Of a stretch of 64,000 nucleotides of DNA, positions 20,581 through 30,161 are shown piece after piece. This stretch comes from an uncultured Candidatus Binatia bacterium (GTDB lineage Bacteria; Desulfobacterota; Binatia; UBA9968; JAJDTQ01), in contig OZ244070.1 in assembly GCA_965215605.1 (NCBI GenBank), positions 1,184,001 to 1,248,000 on the forward strand, in the 5' to 3' direction. Each line of letters opens with the position of its first letter. Position 1 is the first letter of the stretch. Both the position numbers and the translations under genes were made by a program. The notes beneath the pieces were generated by a model. It was not told the origin of the DNA, did not search any database, and saw nothing but the letters and a program-made list of their open reading frames with translations.

Positions 20581-22140
20581 TCACAACTGTCTCCAGGCAC
20601 CGATCTGTTCTCGCAGTTCCATCATGAACTCATCAACTCTTTCGTCTTCCGCTTCCTTCTGTCCGACGATCCGGGCCACATCCGGCAAAGTCCTGTTCAG
20701 CCTGGCGGCAAACGCTCCTAAAGCTGACTTGGCCTCATCCCGACCGTGTACGGCGCCCCCCGCCAGTTGGGCAAACTCTTGCATGGTTCGTTCGATATCC
20801 GATACGGAGAGACCGAGTCTGGTCGCATATTCGTCGGGCCGACTCTGGAGAGCCTCCCATATCCACGGCTCGGGTGGAGTTTCTCCTGGGAGAAACAAGG
20901 GCAGCACCCTGTGTCCGAACTGTTCTGCAATCGCTTGGAGATGACCCTTATGGTCACGGGAGTCTCCATCCAGCACAAAAATAAAGTCCTTGAGCTTACC
21001 AAACTTACCGAGAGTACGGATATGGCTGGAGAACTCATCCCTTCCTGTGTTTCTGCCAATCACGACATCTTCATGACGCAAGCCCATCTCGACGTTGAGC
21101 ACGTCTAGCACCCCTCGAATCAATCCCTCTGCAACTTCGTCTTCGCACAAGACAGAAAGCTGGTCGCGAGACTGCCCGTAAAGTGCCTTTTGGAAAATAT
21201 CCCTGTATAGGGGCATTCGAACGACATCACCTGTAATCTCCTCCCGATCGAGAAAAATCCGCGCCTCCGGTGGGACAGCGTCGAGAACTACCGGGCTGTG
21301 TGACGCGACAATGATCTGCAGACCTCTTCGCAATGCGCTGCGTTGCAATTCCAGCATCGCCTGTTGCTGTGTGTAGGGGTGAAGCCCGGTATCGACCTCG
21401 TCAATCAGCACCAACGCATTCTCAAGGTGAGAGATATCCTTTGAAATCCGCAATATAGTCCGTTCTCCGGAAGACATATGAAACTCGGAGTAACTCGTCT
21501 CGTTAACACCACCAATCTCGGCAAAAAGCAGGTCGTTGGCAGACTTTGCGCTGATTACCGAAAGGTTGCGGTATCGCCAAGGGAGTATCCTGTGGGCGAA
21601 GATCAGAAGATTCGGCTCGACAGTCTCTGTGTGAAACTGCTTGCGGCCAAGCTGGAGGACGCTACGGACCTCAGACGGATTGGTAAGATTGGCGAGGGTG
21701 CGGAGATAGACACCTCTTTGCGGCTGGCTTCCTCCTTTTCGCCCCATGTAGCTGCGGCTCCATGACTTTCCGCGCCGCCACACCATAGAGAGACGCTCAC
21801 CGCCGTGGAGGTAGTGGAACTCCAGTTCAGTCTCGTCGAGAGCGTCGGACAGAGTGCCTTGCTGGCTAGCAGTAAAATTGGGAAACAAGCTGCTGGGAGC
21901 CAACTCTTTCGGGTTACGGTTCGGATCTCGATAGGCGCACGCGCAGGCCAAAAGCACTGTCGACTTGCCACAACCGTTTGGACCTGCCAACACTGAGACC
22001 GGGTACTCAATGGGCACTCGAAGATCTTGAATGCCTCTCAATCGCTTGACACGAACTTCTGACAGGCTATCGTCGCGGCTACGGTTGTTGGCCCTAAGTG
22101 CGTCCCATACCTCTCTTAGCTCGTTGGCGATTAACGACAT
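20581..22140 (-). CDS. ABC-type ATPase fused to a TOPRIM-like domain (OLD/PARIS-like candidate defence protein)
   Basis: Walker A GPNGCGKS, signature MSSGE, Walker B LIDEVD, TGLHP, SHS; C-terminal VLCED...VLDGD. Visibly AT-richer than the flanking genes. Confidence 0.75.
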   Translation of the reverse strand: MSLIANELREVWDALRANNRSRDDSLSEVRVKRLRGIQDLRVPIEYPVSVLAGPNGCGKSTVLLACACAYRDPNRNPKELAPSSLFPNFTASQQGTLSDALDETELEFHYLHGGERLSMVWRRGKSWSRSYMGRKGGSQPQRGVYLRTLANLTNPSEVRSVLQLGRKQFHTETVEPNLLIFAHRILPWRYRNLSVISAKSANDLLFAEIGGVNETSYSEFHMSSGERTILRISKDISHLENALVLIDEVDTGLHPYTQQQAMLELQRSALRRGLQIIVASHSPVVLDAVPPEARIFLDREEITGDVVRMPLYRDIFQKALYGQSRDQLSVLCEDEVAEGLIRGVLDVLNVEMGLRHEDVVIGRNTGRDEFSSHIRTLGKFGKLKDFIFVLDGDSRDHKGHLQAIAEQFGHRVLPLFLPGETPPEPWIWEALQSRPDEYATRLGLSVSDIERTMQEFAQLAGGAVHGRDEAKSALGAFAARLNRTLPDVARIVGQKEAEDERVDEFMMELREQIGAWRQL

Positions 22141-22402
22141 TTCATGCCTCGCGTAGAAAAAGTTGCACCGCCCCCAATACCCGACTACGAGCGGCGCTTC
22201 CAAAATTGGAACCATGCTCTGGATCGTTGATGATTAAGGAAGCTTCCCAACAACTCCTTTGTATCAGGCTACGCCGCCAGCGAGTGGCCGTCAAACATCT
22301 TCAGACGGATGCGTGCGTTCCGATCCGGGCGGAATAGAGTCAGCAGGAAACCTCATCTCCCGCAAACTCGTATTAAGCCTGCGGAACGTGTCGCCTGACT
22401 GT

Positions 22403-23266
22403 TTAGCTGAACAGCACCTTGGCCATCTCAGACCGGAACCGGTCGGCCAACTCGCTGCGCCCCAGCACCTCGAAGATCTGCACCATGGCCTTGCGGGCGC
22501 CGTCGTCCTTGAAGGCGCGGTCCTGCTTCAGCACCGCCAGGAACTCCTCGAGGGCGGCCTCGTAGCGCTCTTCCGCCGCCAGCGCCTGCGCCAGCCGGAA
22601 ACGCGCGTCGATGCGGTCCGGGGCCGACTCGAGCTCCCGCCGCAGCGACTCCACGTCGGCGCCGTCGCCTTCGCTCAGCTTGTGTCGGGCCATCAGCCGG
22701 TCGGCCTCGTTGCGTTCCGGCCCGCCGAGAGGGACCCTCTCCAGAAAGGACAGTGCGCGCTCCGCTTCCGTATCCAGCAGCCCCCGCCCCAGTCCCAGGA
22801 GCGCCCCCGGGTGGTGCGGCGATTCCTCCACGACCTGCCCGTAGATCTCCAAGGCCTTCTCGGCCTCGCCCGCGTACCACAACCGGTCCGCCTCGACCAC
22901 CAGCTCGTCCTCGCGCGAGGGCACGACCTGGGCGAGCGCCTCGCGCACGGCGGGTTCGGGAAGCGCGCCGGTGAATTCCGTGGCCAAGGCGCCGTCCTTG
23001 AAGACCTTGACCGCCGGGATCCCCTGGATGCCGAAGCCAGCCGCCAGTTCCTGGTTCTCGTCCACGTTGACCTTGGCCAGCAGCAGCTTGCCGCCGTACT
23101 CCTCCGTCACCCGTTCCAGCACCGGCCCCAGCACCCGGCACGGTCCGCACCAAGGCGCCCAGAAGTCCACCACCACCGGCGTTTCCCTGGAGCGCTCCAG
23201 CACCCGCGCCTCGAACTCGGCCTGGTCGACGTCGAAGACCAGCGATTCCACTTCTCCAGCGCTCAC
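22403..23266 (-). CDS. cnoX: Thioredoxin-TPR chaperedoxin (CnoX/YbbN)
   Basis: [22 protein letters not shown]-terminal TPR region ending [12 protein letters not shown]...LFS. GTG start at 23266 is inferred. Confidence 0.88.
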   Translation of the reverse strand: MSAGEVESLVFDVDQAEFEARVLERSRETPVVVDFWAPWCGPCRVLGPVLERVTEEYGGKLLLAKVNVDENQELAAGFGIQGIPAVKVFKDGALATEFTGALPEPAVREALAQVVPSREDELVVEADRLWYAGEAEKALEIYGQVVEESPHHPGALLGLGRGLLDTEAERALSFLERVPLGGPERNEADRLMARHKLSEGDGADVESLRRELESAPDRIDARFRLAQALAAEERYEAALEEFLAVLKQDRAFKDDGARKAMVQIFEVLGRSELADRFRSEMAKVLFS

Positions 23267-23271
23267 CGCGT

Positions 23272-23763
23272 CTATCCCTCTTTCCGGCTCGTGTCGAAGT
23301 CGGCGCCGTTGAGCGTCACCCGGGTCTCCACCGGCGTCGGCTTCATGACCGTCTGCATGATGTAGCAACCCTGTTCCGAGTTGCGGATCACCGCGGCCAC
23401 GCGTTCCGGCGGCTCGTCGGACTCCACGTCAAGCTTGGTCTCGACGCCGACCCCCTCGGCCTGCACCGTCTCCCGCAACACCGAGCCTTCGTTCCTGAAG
23501 CGCGCGGTCACGTGCACGCGCGCCTTGTCGATCTTCACCTTCATCATTTCCCCGTACCGGGAAAGCTGGGTGAGCAGTCAGAATCCGATGGAAAGCGCGA
23601 AATACGCCATGGGCGGCGGCGCCGTGTTGTCGCCGCCGATGCGCCCGCCCTCGTCGCACATCACCGTGAAGCCGCGGGCCTCGCCACGCTTCTGCTGCCG
23701 CTCCAGCATCTCGGCGTCGGCCTCCATCACGACTTCGCGTTTGACGATCATGTCGTCTGCCAT
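23272..23763 (-). CDS. OsmC/Ohr-like protein with an in-frame TGA (probable selenoprotein, 163 aa)
   Basis: Track ORFs 23578-23763 and 23272-23547 are in one frame, separated by a single TGA. Read-through gives [36 protein letters not shown]...[18 protein letters not shown] upstream. Confidence 0.82.
23533..23574 (-). promoter_or_regulatory. Putative bacterial SECIS element
   Basis: Immediately 3' of the UGA: upper stem UUUCCCG-GUA-CGGGGAAA, with the apical loop starting G at +21; lower stem CUCACC/GGUGAAG. Confidence 0.7.
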
Positions 23764-23837
23764 ATATCAACCTCCAGGATGTTTGTGACGCGAAGGGTAG
23801 CCCATCGACCCGACACCGTCAATTTGCGCAGGTCTCC

Positions 23838-24335
23838 ATGGCCAAACGACACCCTTCTCTGATACCGCTGTCCCACGACCACCACCGCGGCCTGGCGCTG
23901 GCGCTGCGCTGCCGCAAGCACGCTCTGGGGCAGCTCAACCCCGGCGACCCCGCGGCCCTCGAAGCGTGCGCGGCGGAAGTTTCGCGCTTCTTCAACCGGA
24001 ACCTGACGCCGCACTTCGAGGCCGAAGAGACGGCCCTCTTTCCGCTGATGGCGGCCTACGAGGAATGCCGGGAGCTGGTGGAGCAACTCGAACGCGAGCA
24101 CCGGGAATTCCGCGGGCTGGCGGCCCGGATGGGGGAGCCCGGAGGACTGCGGAAGTCGCTGTTCGACTTCGGAGACCTCCTGGAGCAGCACATCCGGAGC
24201 GAGGAGCGCAGGCTCTTCGCCGCCTTCGAGATGCGCGTGCCGGCGCCCGACGCCGAGCGCGCCGGCCGGGAAATCAAGCGGCTGCTGGAGCTGGATCGCA
24301 CCGCCAGTTCCGGCGCCGGAACCGTCACGCCATGA
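23838..24335 (+). CDS. Hemerythrin (HHE) domain protein
   Basis: LSHDHH, HFEAEE, EHREF and HIRSEE metal-ligand motifs. Confidence 0.85.
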   Translation: MAKRHPSLIPLSHDHHRGLALALRCRKHALGQLNPGDPAALEACAAEVSRFFNRNLTPHFEAEETALFPLMAAYEECRELVEQLEREHREFRGLAARMGEPGGLRKSLFDFGDLLEQHIRSEERRLFAAFEMRVPAPDAERAGREIKRLLELDRTASSGAGTVTP

Positions 24336-24541
24336 ACACCAAAACCGCCATCATCTCCATCGAAGACCTGGCCGACACCGCCGTACCGGAGCTGACCGAA
24401 GCATTCAACAGCTCTCCCGGCGTCACCGAGGTGGATTTCTCAGTGGAGCGAAAGGTCGCCGTCATCGAGTTCGACCCCGAGGTCACCAGCGTCGACGCAC
24501 TGATGCGGGTGGTGCTGGGCAAGGGGTACAAGGTGCTGTGA
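24332..24541 (+). CDS. HMA-fold small protein lacking the CxxC motif
   Basis: MNTKTAIISIEDLADTAVPELTEAFNSSPGVTEVDFSVERKVAVIEFDPEVTSVDALMRVVLGKGYKVL; ATGA overlap with the hemerythrin gene. Confidence 0.7.
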   Translation: MNTKTAIISIEDLADTAVPELTEAFNSSPGVTEVDFSVERKVAVIEFDPEVTSVDALMRVVLGKGYKVL

Positions 24542-24553
24542 GCGTGTCCGTCC

Positions 24554-25747
24554 TCACCCCAGGAACCACGGCAACACCCGGAACCCCTTGAAGTCGAAGC
24601 TCTCCTCGCCGCCGTGGACCAGGACGCCCCCACGGTTCGGATTGGAGGGGATCGCCGTCCACCAGACGAGGGTGTCGACGGCGTCGGCGGCCACGGTCCG
24701 GCCAGACTTCACCTCCATCGGGACGAGCCGTCCGCCGGCGTCGATCAGGATGTCGATCTCGTGGCCGGTGGCGTCTCTCCAGAAGTAGAGGGGCGGGTCC
24801 CGGCGCATGGCGGCGAAGCTCTTGACCAACTCCGAGACCACGAACGATTCGAACACGGCGCCGCGCAGGGGGTGGCGCTCCAGCGTAGCGGCGTCGCGGA
24901 TGTCGAGCAGATAGCAGACGAGCCCGGTGTCGAGGAAATGGAGCCGCGGGCGCTTGCGCAGCCGCTTGCGATAGTTCGCGTGGTGAGGCGGGAGCGTGGT
25001 GGCCAGATATCCGATTTCCAGGGCCGTGAGCCAGCGTCTGGCGGTCTGCTGCGTGATGCCGACGTCACCGGCCAGCGAAACCAGGTTGAGTTCCTGCGCC
25101 GTGTGGGCAGCCGCCAGCCGGACAAAGCGTTCGAAGCTCCTGGCGTCCGAGATCTGCATGACTTCGCGCACGTCGCGTTCCACGTAGGTGCGAAAATAGT
25201 CGGCCAGCCATTCGCTCGCGGGAATGCCGCGGTCGTGAATGCGCGGATAAAAGCCTTCGACCAGCGTGTTCCAGAGGCCCTTGTCCGGTGGACGGCCCGC
25301 GGCTCCGGCAGGAGTACCAAGATTCAGCGGGTCAACCGGGTCGTTCTCCGACAACTCCGCAAGCGAAAGCGGGTACAAACGGAGAAACGCCGTGCGCCCC
25401 GCCAGCGTCTGAGACACGGATTCCATCAGCAGCAGGTTCTGGGACCCGGTGAGAACGAAACGACCGGGCCGGGGGTCGGCATCCACCAGCCCCTGAATGT
25501 AGGAAAGCAACTCGGGCGCGCGCTGGATCTCGTCCAGGATCAGACGGCCGCCCTGGGCCAGGAACCCGCGCGGGTCTTCAATGGCCCTGGCGCGAACGTC
25601 CGGCGCCTCGAGCGACACGTAGCGATGATCGGCAAAGAGCGCCTGAACCAGCGTCGTCTTCCCGGACTGCCTGGGACCCGTGAGTGTCACCACAGGATAA
25701 GACGCGGCAGCGGCCTTCAGGGCCTCGGTCAAATGGCGGCGCAACAT
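24554..25747 (-). CDS. AAA_14 ATPase with C-terminal DUF4143-type domain
   Basis: GPRQSGKTT, ILDEIQR, VLTGS, LAGR, YVERD, FLDTG, EIDIL...EVK. Confidence 0.9.
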   Translation of the reverse strand: MLRRHLTEALKAAAASYPVVTLTGPRQSGKTTLVQALFADHRYVSLEAPDVRARAIEDPRGFLAQGGRLILDEIQRAPELLSYIQGLVDADPRPGRFVLTGSQNLLLMESVSQTLAGRTAFLRLYPLSLAELSENDPVDPLNLGTPAGAAGRPPDKGLWNTLVEGFYPRIHDRGIPASEWLADYFRTYVERDVREVMQISDARSFERFVRLAAAHTAQELNLVSLAGDVGITQQTARRWLTALEIGYLATTLPPHHANYRKRLRKRPRLHFLDTGLVCYLLDIRDAATLERHPLRGAVFESFVVSELVKSFAAMRRDPPLYFWRDATGHEIDILIDAGGRLVPMEVKSGRTVAADAVDTLVWWTAIPSNPNRGGVLVHGGEESFDFKGFRVLPWFLG

Positions 25748-25771
25748 TCCGTCAATTTGCCAAGGTTGCCC

Positions 25772-25814
25772 TATCGTGTCAATTCGATGATCGGATCATC
25801 AAACTGACACGATA
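25772..25814 (-). repeat. 43-bp near-perfect inverted repeat / hairpin
   Basis: Minus strand TATCGTGTCAGTTTGATGATC-C-GATCATCGAATTGACACGATA; both mismatches are G-U wobbles on this strand. Confidence 0.85.
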
Positions 25815-25870
25815 CCCGGATCCGAAATGAAGCACCTGTATGCGAGCCGTCTTTCGCCTGGCGGCAGAGC

Positions 25871-27022
25871 TTATGCGCCGTTGGCGAGAATCTCTTGGAG
25901 ATTTCCCAACGCATGTTCGATGGGCAGGACGGTGACCTCATCCGTATAGAGCGGACTCGGTCCGCCGAAGAAGACCAAACACCTGGCCGGAGGATAGTCT
26001 TTCTTGAATTCCCGGAGCGCCCTGGTGTCCTTGCGTTGGATTTGAGTCGAGCGCTTGATTTCGATGGCCAGCAGGCCGCGCGGCCCGTAGAGGACGAAAT
26101 CGACTTCCAGATCGTTTCGGGTACGCCAAAAGAAAATCTGGTAGCCGTAGTCGTGGTAGTCGTTCACGGCCCGCAACTCCTGAAGCACCAGGGTCTCCAG
26201 GGCAGGTCCGTCCAGATCGGCGCCGGAGTCCAGGGGTCCGGCCGGCCGGATGGCCCGGAACACGCCTGCATCGAAGAAATAGAACTTCTTCTGGGAGATG
26301 AGCTTCCGCTTGGCCTTGCGGGAGAAAACCGGCAGGCGCACGGCGATCAGGAGGTCTTCAAGGATGGAGAAATAGTTCTCCGCGACGGAGCGGTCGATGT
26401 GCGCCTCCCGGGCAACCGCGCTGATGTTGACGGTAGTTCCCTGGGAAAAGCTCGCCACCTCCAGAAAATGCGAGAAATGGCCGATGTTGCGCGTCAGGCT
26501 CTCCTGCATGACCTCTTCTCGCAGGTATGTCTGCACGTAGTCCTTGAGGTACTTCGCCGGATCGGTTTCGCTGAATCGGGCGGGCAGATGGCCTAGTTGC
26601 ATGGAGTCGCGCAGGTTGAAGGCACCCCGCTGTTCCACCACCGTCAGCGGGTGCATGCGATAGGTCAAGGCGCGGCCGGCCAGCAGATTCACGCCTTTCC
26701 GCCTCAATGTCCTGGCGCTGGATCCGGTCAGGACGAAGCACAGCCCGCGGGCTTCTATCAGGTCATGGACTTCGTTGAGCAACGCGGGTATACGCTGCAC
26801 CTCATCGATGACCGTCCAGCCGGCGTGGTCCGGGGGAATGAATTGCCTGAGGTGCCCGGGATTGGCGGACAAGCGATTGTAGTACTCGGACTGAAGCAGG
26901 TTGACGAAAAGCGCGTCGGGGAGCCGGTACTTCAACCATGTGGTCTTGCCCGTGCCCCTCGGGCCGAAGAGGAAAAAACTCTTGCGGGATTCCAGGGGTC
27001 TCTCGATAAGTCGCTCGAACAC
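25871..27022 (-). CDS. AAA_14 ATPase with DUF4143-type domain (second paralog)
   Basis: GPRGTGKTT, IDEVQR, LTGSSAR, LLAGRA, YLREEV, EVDFV...EIK. Confidence 0.9.
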   Translation of the reverse strand: MFERLIERPLESRKSFFLFGPRGTGKTTWLKYRLPDALFVNLLQSEYYNRLSANPGHLRQFIPPDHAGWTVIDEVQRIPALLNEVHDLIEARGLCFVLTGSSARTLRRKGVNLLAGRALTYRMHPLTVVEQRGAFNLRDSMQLGHLPARFSETDPAKYLKDYVQTYLREEVMQESLTRNIGHFSHFLEVASFSQGTTVNISAVAREAHIDRSVAENYFSILEDLLIAVRLPVFSRKAKRKLISQKKFYFFDAGVFRAIRPAGPLDSGADLDGPALETLVLQELRAVNDYHDYGYQIFFWRTRNDLEVDFVLYGPRGLLAIEIKRSTQIQRKDTRALREFKKDYPPARCLVFFGGPSPLYTDEVTVLPIEHALGNLQEILANGA

Positions 27023-27154
27023 CAGTCATCCAATTCCAAAGTGTTTGAGCCATTGTAGATCAATATGACGCAAAAATGCAGTCGAAAACTGAAATAGTGC
27101 AGCTATTTTTCAGTTATCAACCGCAAAATAACGCCATTTAAGGACTTCACCGAC

Positions 27155-28510
27155 CTACTCCCCCGCCACCGTCATGCGCGAGATCTTGACCGTGGGGGCC
27201 GCCACCGGGCTCTGCGCGCGGAGGTCGTTGCCGACCATCTCGACCTGGTTCAGCATGTCGTTGAGGTTTCCCGCGATGGTGAGCTCGGATACGGGGTAGG
27301 CCAGCTCGCCCTTCTCGATCCAAAGGCCGGCGGCGCCCCTTGAATAGTCGCCGGTCACGAGGTTGACGCCGAAGCCCATAAGCTCGGTGACGTAGAAGCC
27401 GTCCTCCACCGAGCCGATGATATCCTCAAGGCCGTGCTCGCCGGGGGTAAGGTAGAGGTTCATGGGCGAAACCCCCGAGGCTTGGCCCGCGCCGCGGCTC
27501 GCGTTCCCGGTGGACTTGCCGCCCAGCTTCCGGGCGCTGTAGGCGTCCAGCAGGTAGTTCCTCAGGAAGCCTTCATCCACCACGTGCTTCCGCCGGACGC
27601 CGACCCCCTCGCCGTCGAACGGCCGCGACCCCAGGGCCCGTGGAATCGTGCCGTCATCGACGATCCGGACAAGCCCGGAACCCACCTGCTCCCCCAGCCG
27701 GTCGCACAGGAAGGACGCGCGCTGATAGAGGGCGTAGCCGGAGACCGCCTGGCCCACGTGCCGCACCAGGGTGCCCGCCACGGCCGCGTCGAACACCACC
27801 GGCACCTCGCGGGTCCGCACCTTGCGGGCGCCCAGCCGCCGGATCACCCGACGGCCTGCCTCGCGGCCCACCGCTTCCGGAGAATCCAGGCCGTCGCGGC
27901 GGCGCGCCGCCGAGGACCAATGGTCCCGCTCCATGGAGCCGTTGGACGCGGCCACCGGGGACGCCGACAGGTGGAAGGCGGAGGCGGCGTACTCGCCGGC
28001 GAAGCCCTCCGAGTTGGCGTGGATGATCCGGTTGAAAGAGCTGTGGAACTCCGCGCCCTCCGAGTTGGTGATCCGGGCGTCGTACCGCAGCGCGTGCTCC
28101 TCGGCCTCCCGGGCGGCCTCGATGCCGCGCTCCACCGGCATGTCCCGCGCCTCCTCGTCCAGCAGGTCCAGGTCCGGCACCTCGGCGGCCAGCTCGCCGG
28201 CCTCCGGCAGGCCGCCGAACTCGTCCTTGGCCGTAACCCGGGCCATGGCGCAGGTCTCTTCCAGCAGCCGGTCCAGGGAGGCGCGAGAGAGGTCGGAGGT
28301 GGAAGTGGCGGCGGAGCTGCGGCCGAAAAAAAGCCGCAGGCCGAGCCCGGTTTCGCGGGCCTGGCTCACGGTCTCCACCTTCCCGAGCCGCACCCTTACC
28401 CGCACGCCCTCGCGCTCCGCCAACGTCACGTCGCCCTGGGAGGCGCCCTTCTCCTTGGCCCGGGCCAGCAGCCCGGCCGCCAGCTCCCGATTCACCGGCA
28501 AACGTTCCAT
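27155..28510 (-). CDS. pmbA: TldE/PmbA family protein
   Basis: ITNSEGA, SRPFDGEG, GVNLVTGDYSRGA, TIAGNL. Start placed at MERLPVN. Confidence 0.92.
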   Translation of the reverse strand: MERLPVNRELAAGLLARAKEKGASQGDVTLAEREGVRVRVRLGKVETVSQARETGLGLRLFFGRSSAATSTSDLSRASLDRLLEETCAMARVTAKDEFGGLPEAGELAAEVPDLDLLDEEARDMPVERGIEAAREAEEHALRYDARITNSEGAEFHSSFNRIIHANSEGFAGEYAASAFHLSASPVAASNGSMERDHWSSAARRRDGLDSPEAVGREAGRRVIRRLGARKVRTREVPVVFDAAVAGTLVRHVGQAVSGYALYQRASFLCDRLGEQVGSGLVRIVDDGTIPRALGSRPFDGEGVGVRRKHVVDEGFLRNYLLDAYSARKLGGKSTGNASRGAGQASGVSPMNLYLTPGEHGLEDIIGSVEDGFYVTELMGFGVNLVTGDYSRGAAGLWIEKGELAYPVSELTIAGNLNDMLNQVEMVGNDLRAQSPVAAPTVKISRMTVAGE

Positions 28511-28514
28511 CGTC

Positions 28515-30002
28515 CTAACCCTGAAAAGCGCCCGCGCCGCGCACGGTGGTGCCGCCCACCACGAGTTGGTCCACTCGTATGGTGGGCAGCCCGACTCCCA
28601 CGGGCACGCCCTGGCCGTCCTTCCCGCAGGTGCCGATGCCGTCGTCCAGGGCAAGGTCCGACCCCACCCGGCTGACCCGCGTCAGCACGTCGGGTCCGTT
28701 GCCGATGAGGGTGGCGTCCCGCACCGGGTGCGTGACCCGGCCGTTCTCGATCCGGTAGGCCTCGTTGGCGGAGAAGACGAACTTGCCGCTGGTGATGTCC
28801 ACTTGGCCGCCGCCGAAGGAGACCGCGTAGAGACCGTCCTTCACCGAGCGGATGATGTCCCGCGGATCCTCATCCCCCGACAGCATGAAGGTGTTGGTCA
28901 TGCGCGGCATGGGCACGTGGGCATAGCTCTCGCGGCGACCGTTGCCGGTGAGATCCATGCCCAGGAGGGAGGCATTCAACCGGTCGTGCATGTAGCCCCG
29001 CAGAATTCCGTTCTCGATCAGCACCGTGCGCTGGGTGGGCGTGCCCTCGTCGTCCACGTTGAGGGAACCCCGCCGCCAGGGGATGGTGCCGTCGTCCACC
29101 ACCGTGCACAGCTCCGTGGCCACGCGCTCGCCGATGCGACCGGAGAAGGCCGAAGTCTTGCGCCGGTTGAAGTCGGCCTCCAGCCCATGGCCGATGGCCT
29201 CGTGCAGCAGGATGCCGGGCCAGCCCGGCCCGAGGACCACGTCCATGGGGCCCGCCGGCGCTGGCTGTGCCTCGAGATTCACCAGCGCCCGGCGCACCGC
29301 CTCCCGGGCATGGGCCTCGCAGCGCTCGGCGTCGGCGCCGTCATCCAGGGCCATGCGTCCGCCCCATCCGAAGTAGCCGGCCTGCCGCTTGCCTCCATCC
29401 TCGACGATGCAGCGGACGTTGCAGCGCACCAGGGGCTGGAAGTCCCCCAGCGCCCAGCCCTGGGACGACGCGATGAGGACGACCTTGTTTTCCACCAACA
29501 GGGACGCAAACACCCCCTTGACCCGGGGGTCGGCCTTTCTGGCGAAACGGTCCAGGTCCTGCAACAGACCGATCTTGCGTTCCAGGGGGACGTCCGGGAA
29601 GGACCCGGGCACCGGATAGAGGTCGTGCCGGGGGCCGGCGGGGGTGGGAACCCGCGCCGGCAGGTCCGAACCCCGGTCGTTGGCGATGACGTTGGCGGTC
29701 CGCACCGCCGAATCCAGGTTCCTGATGGTCACGTCGTCGGTGAACGCGTAGCCGGTCTTGTCCTCGGACAACACCCGCGCGCCCACGCCGTTGGCGGTGG
29801 ATACCGAGGCGTGCTTCACCAGACCCTCCTCGAGATGGACCTGATCGTTGGTCCGGTACTCGAAATAGAGGTCGGCGTAGTCCGCCTGCGCGGCCATGGC
29901 CCGGCCCAGGACCCGATCCAGGTCCCGTGCGGTTACGCCGAACCGCTCGTCGAAGAACGCCGCCGCGGAGAACGCGGCCCGGTTGGCAAGGCTCCTGTCC
30001 AA
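28515..30002 (-). CDS. tldD: Metalloprotease TldD
   Basis: GWPGILLHEAIGHGLEADFNR, GNGRRESY, PRMTNT, CGKDGQ. Confidence 0.96.
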   Translation of the reverse strand: MDRSLANRAAFSAAAFFDERFGVTARDLDRVLGRAMAAQADYADLYFEYRTNDQVHLEEGLVKHASVSTANGVGARVLSEDKTGYAFTDDVTIRNLDSAVRTANVIANDRGSDLPARVPTPAGPRHDLYPVPGSFPDVPLERKIGLLQDLDRFARKADPRVKGVFASLLVENKVVLIASSQGWALGDFQPLVRCNVRCIVEDGGKRQAGYFGWGGRMALDDGADAERCEAHAREAVRRALVNLEAQPAPAGPMDVVLGPGWPGILLHEAIGHGLEADFNRRKTSAFSGRIGERVATELCTVVDDGTIPWRRGSLNVDDEGTPTQRTVLIENGILRGYMHDRLNASLLGMDLTGNGRRESYAHVPMPRMTNTFMLSGDEDPRDIIRSVKDGLYAVSFGGGQVDITSGKFVFSANEAYRIENGRVTHPVRDATLIGNGPDVLTRVSRVGSDLALDDGIGTCGKDGQGVPVGVGLPTIRVDQLVVGGTTVRGAGAFQG

Positions 30003-30161
30003 AATGTCCCCTTTCCTTACATGAAGCCGGCTTGTATGCTATGAAGAACACCCTTCAGGCGGCCGCTCCTGCCATGGCTACACGACCAGTGTACCACTCC
30101 AAGTCAAACATGGAAGGACGTGTCACGATGCCGCCGGCGGCAGCTTCGAGGAGTTGAACCG

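Noticed and set aside
23272-23763. OsmC pseudogene or two small genes
   Set aside because: A single TGA at the catalytic position with a downstream hairpin and otherwise intact sequence is better explained by Sec recoding.
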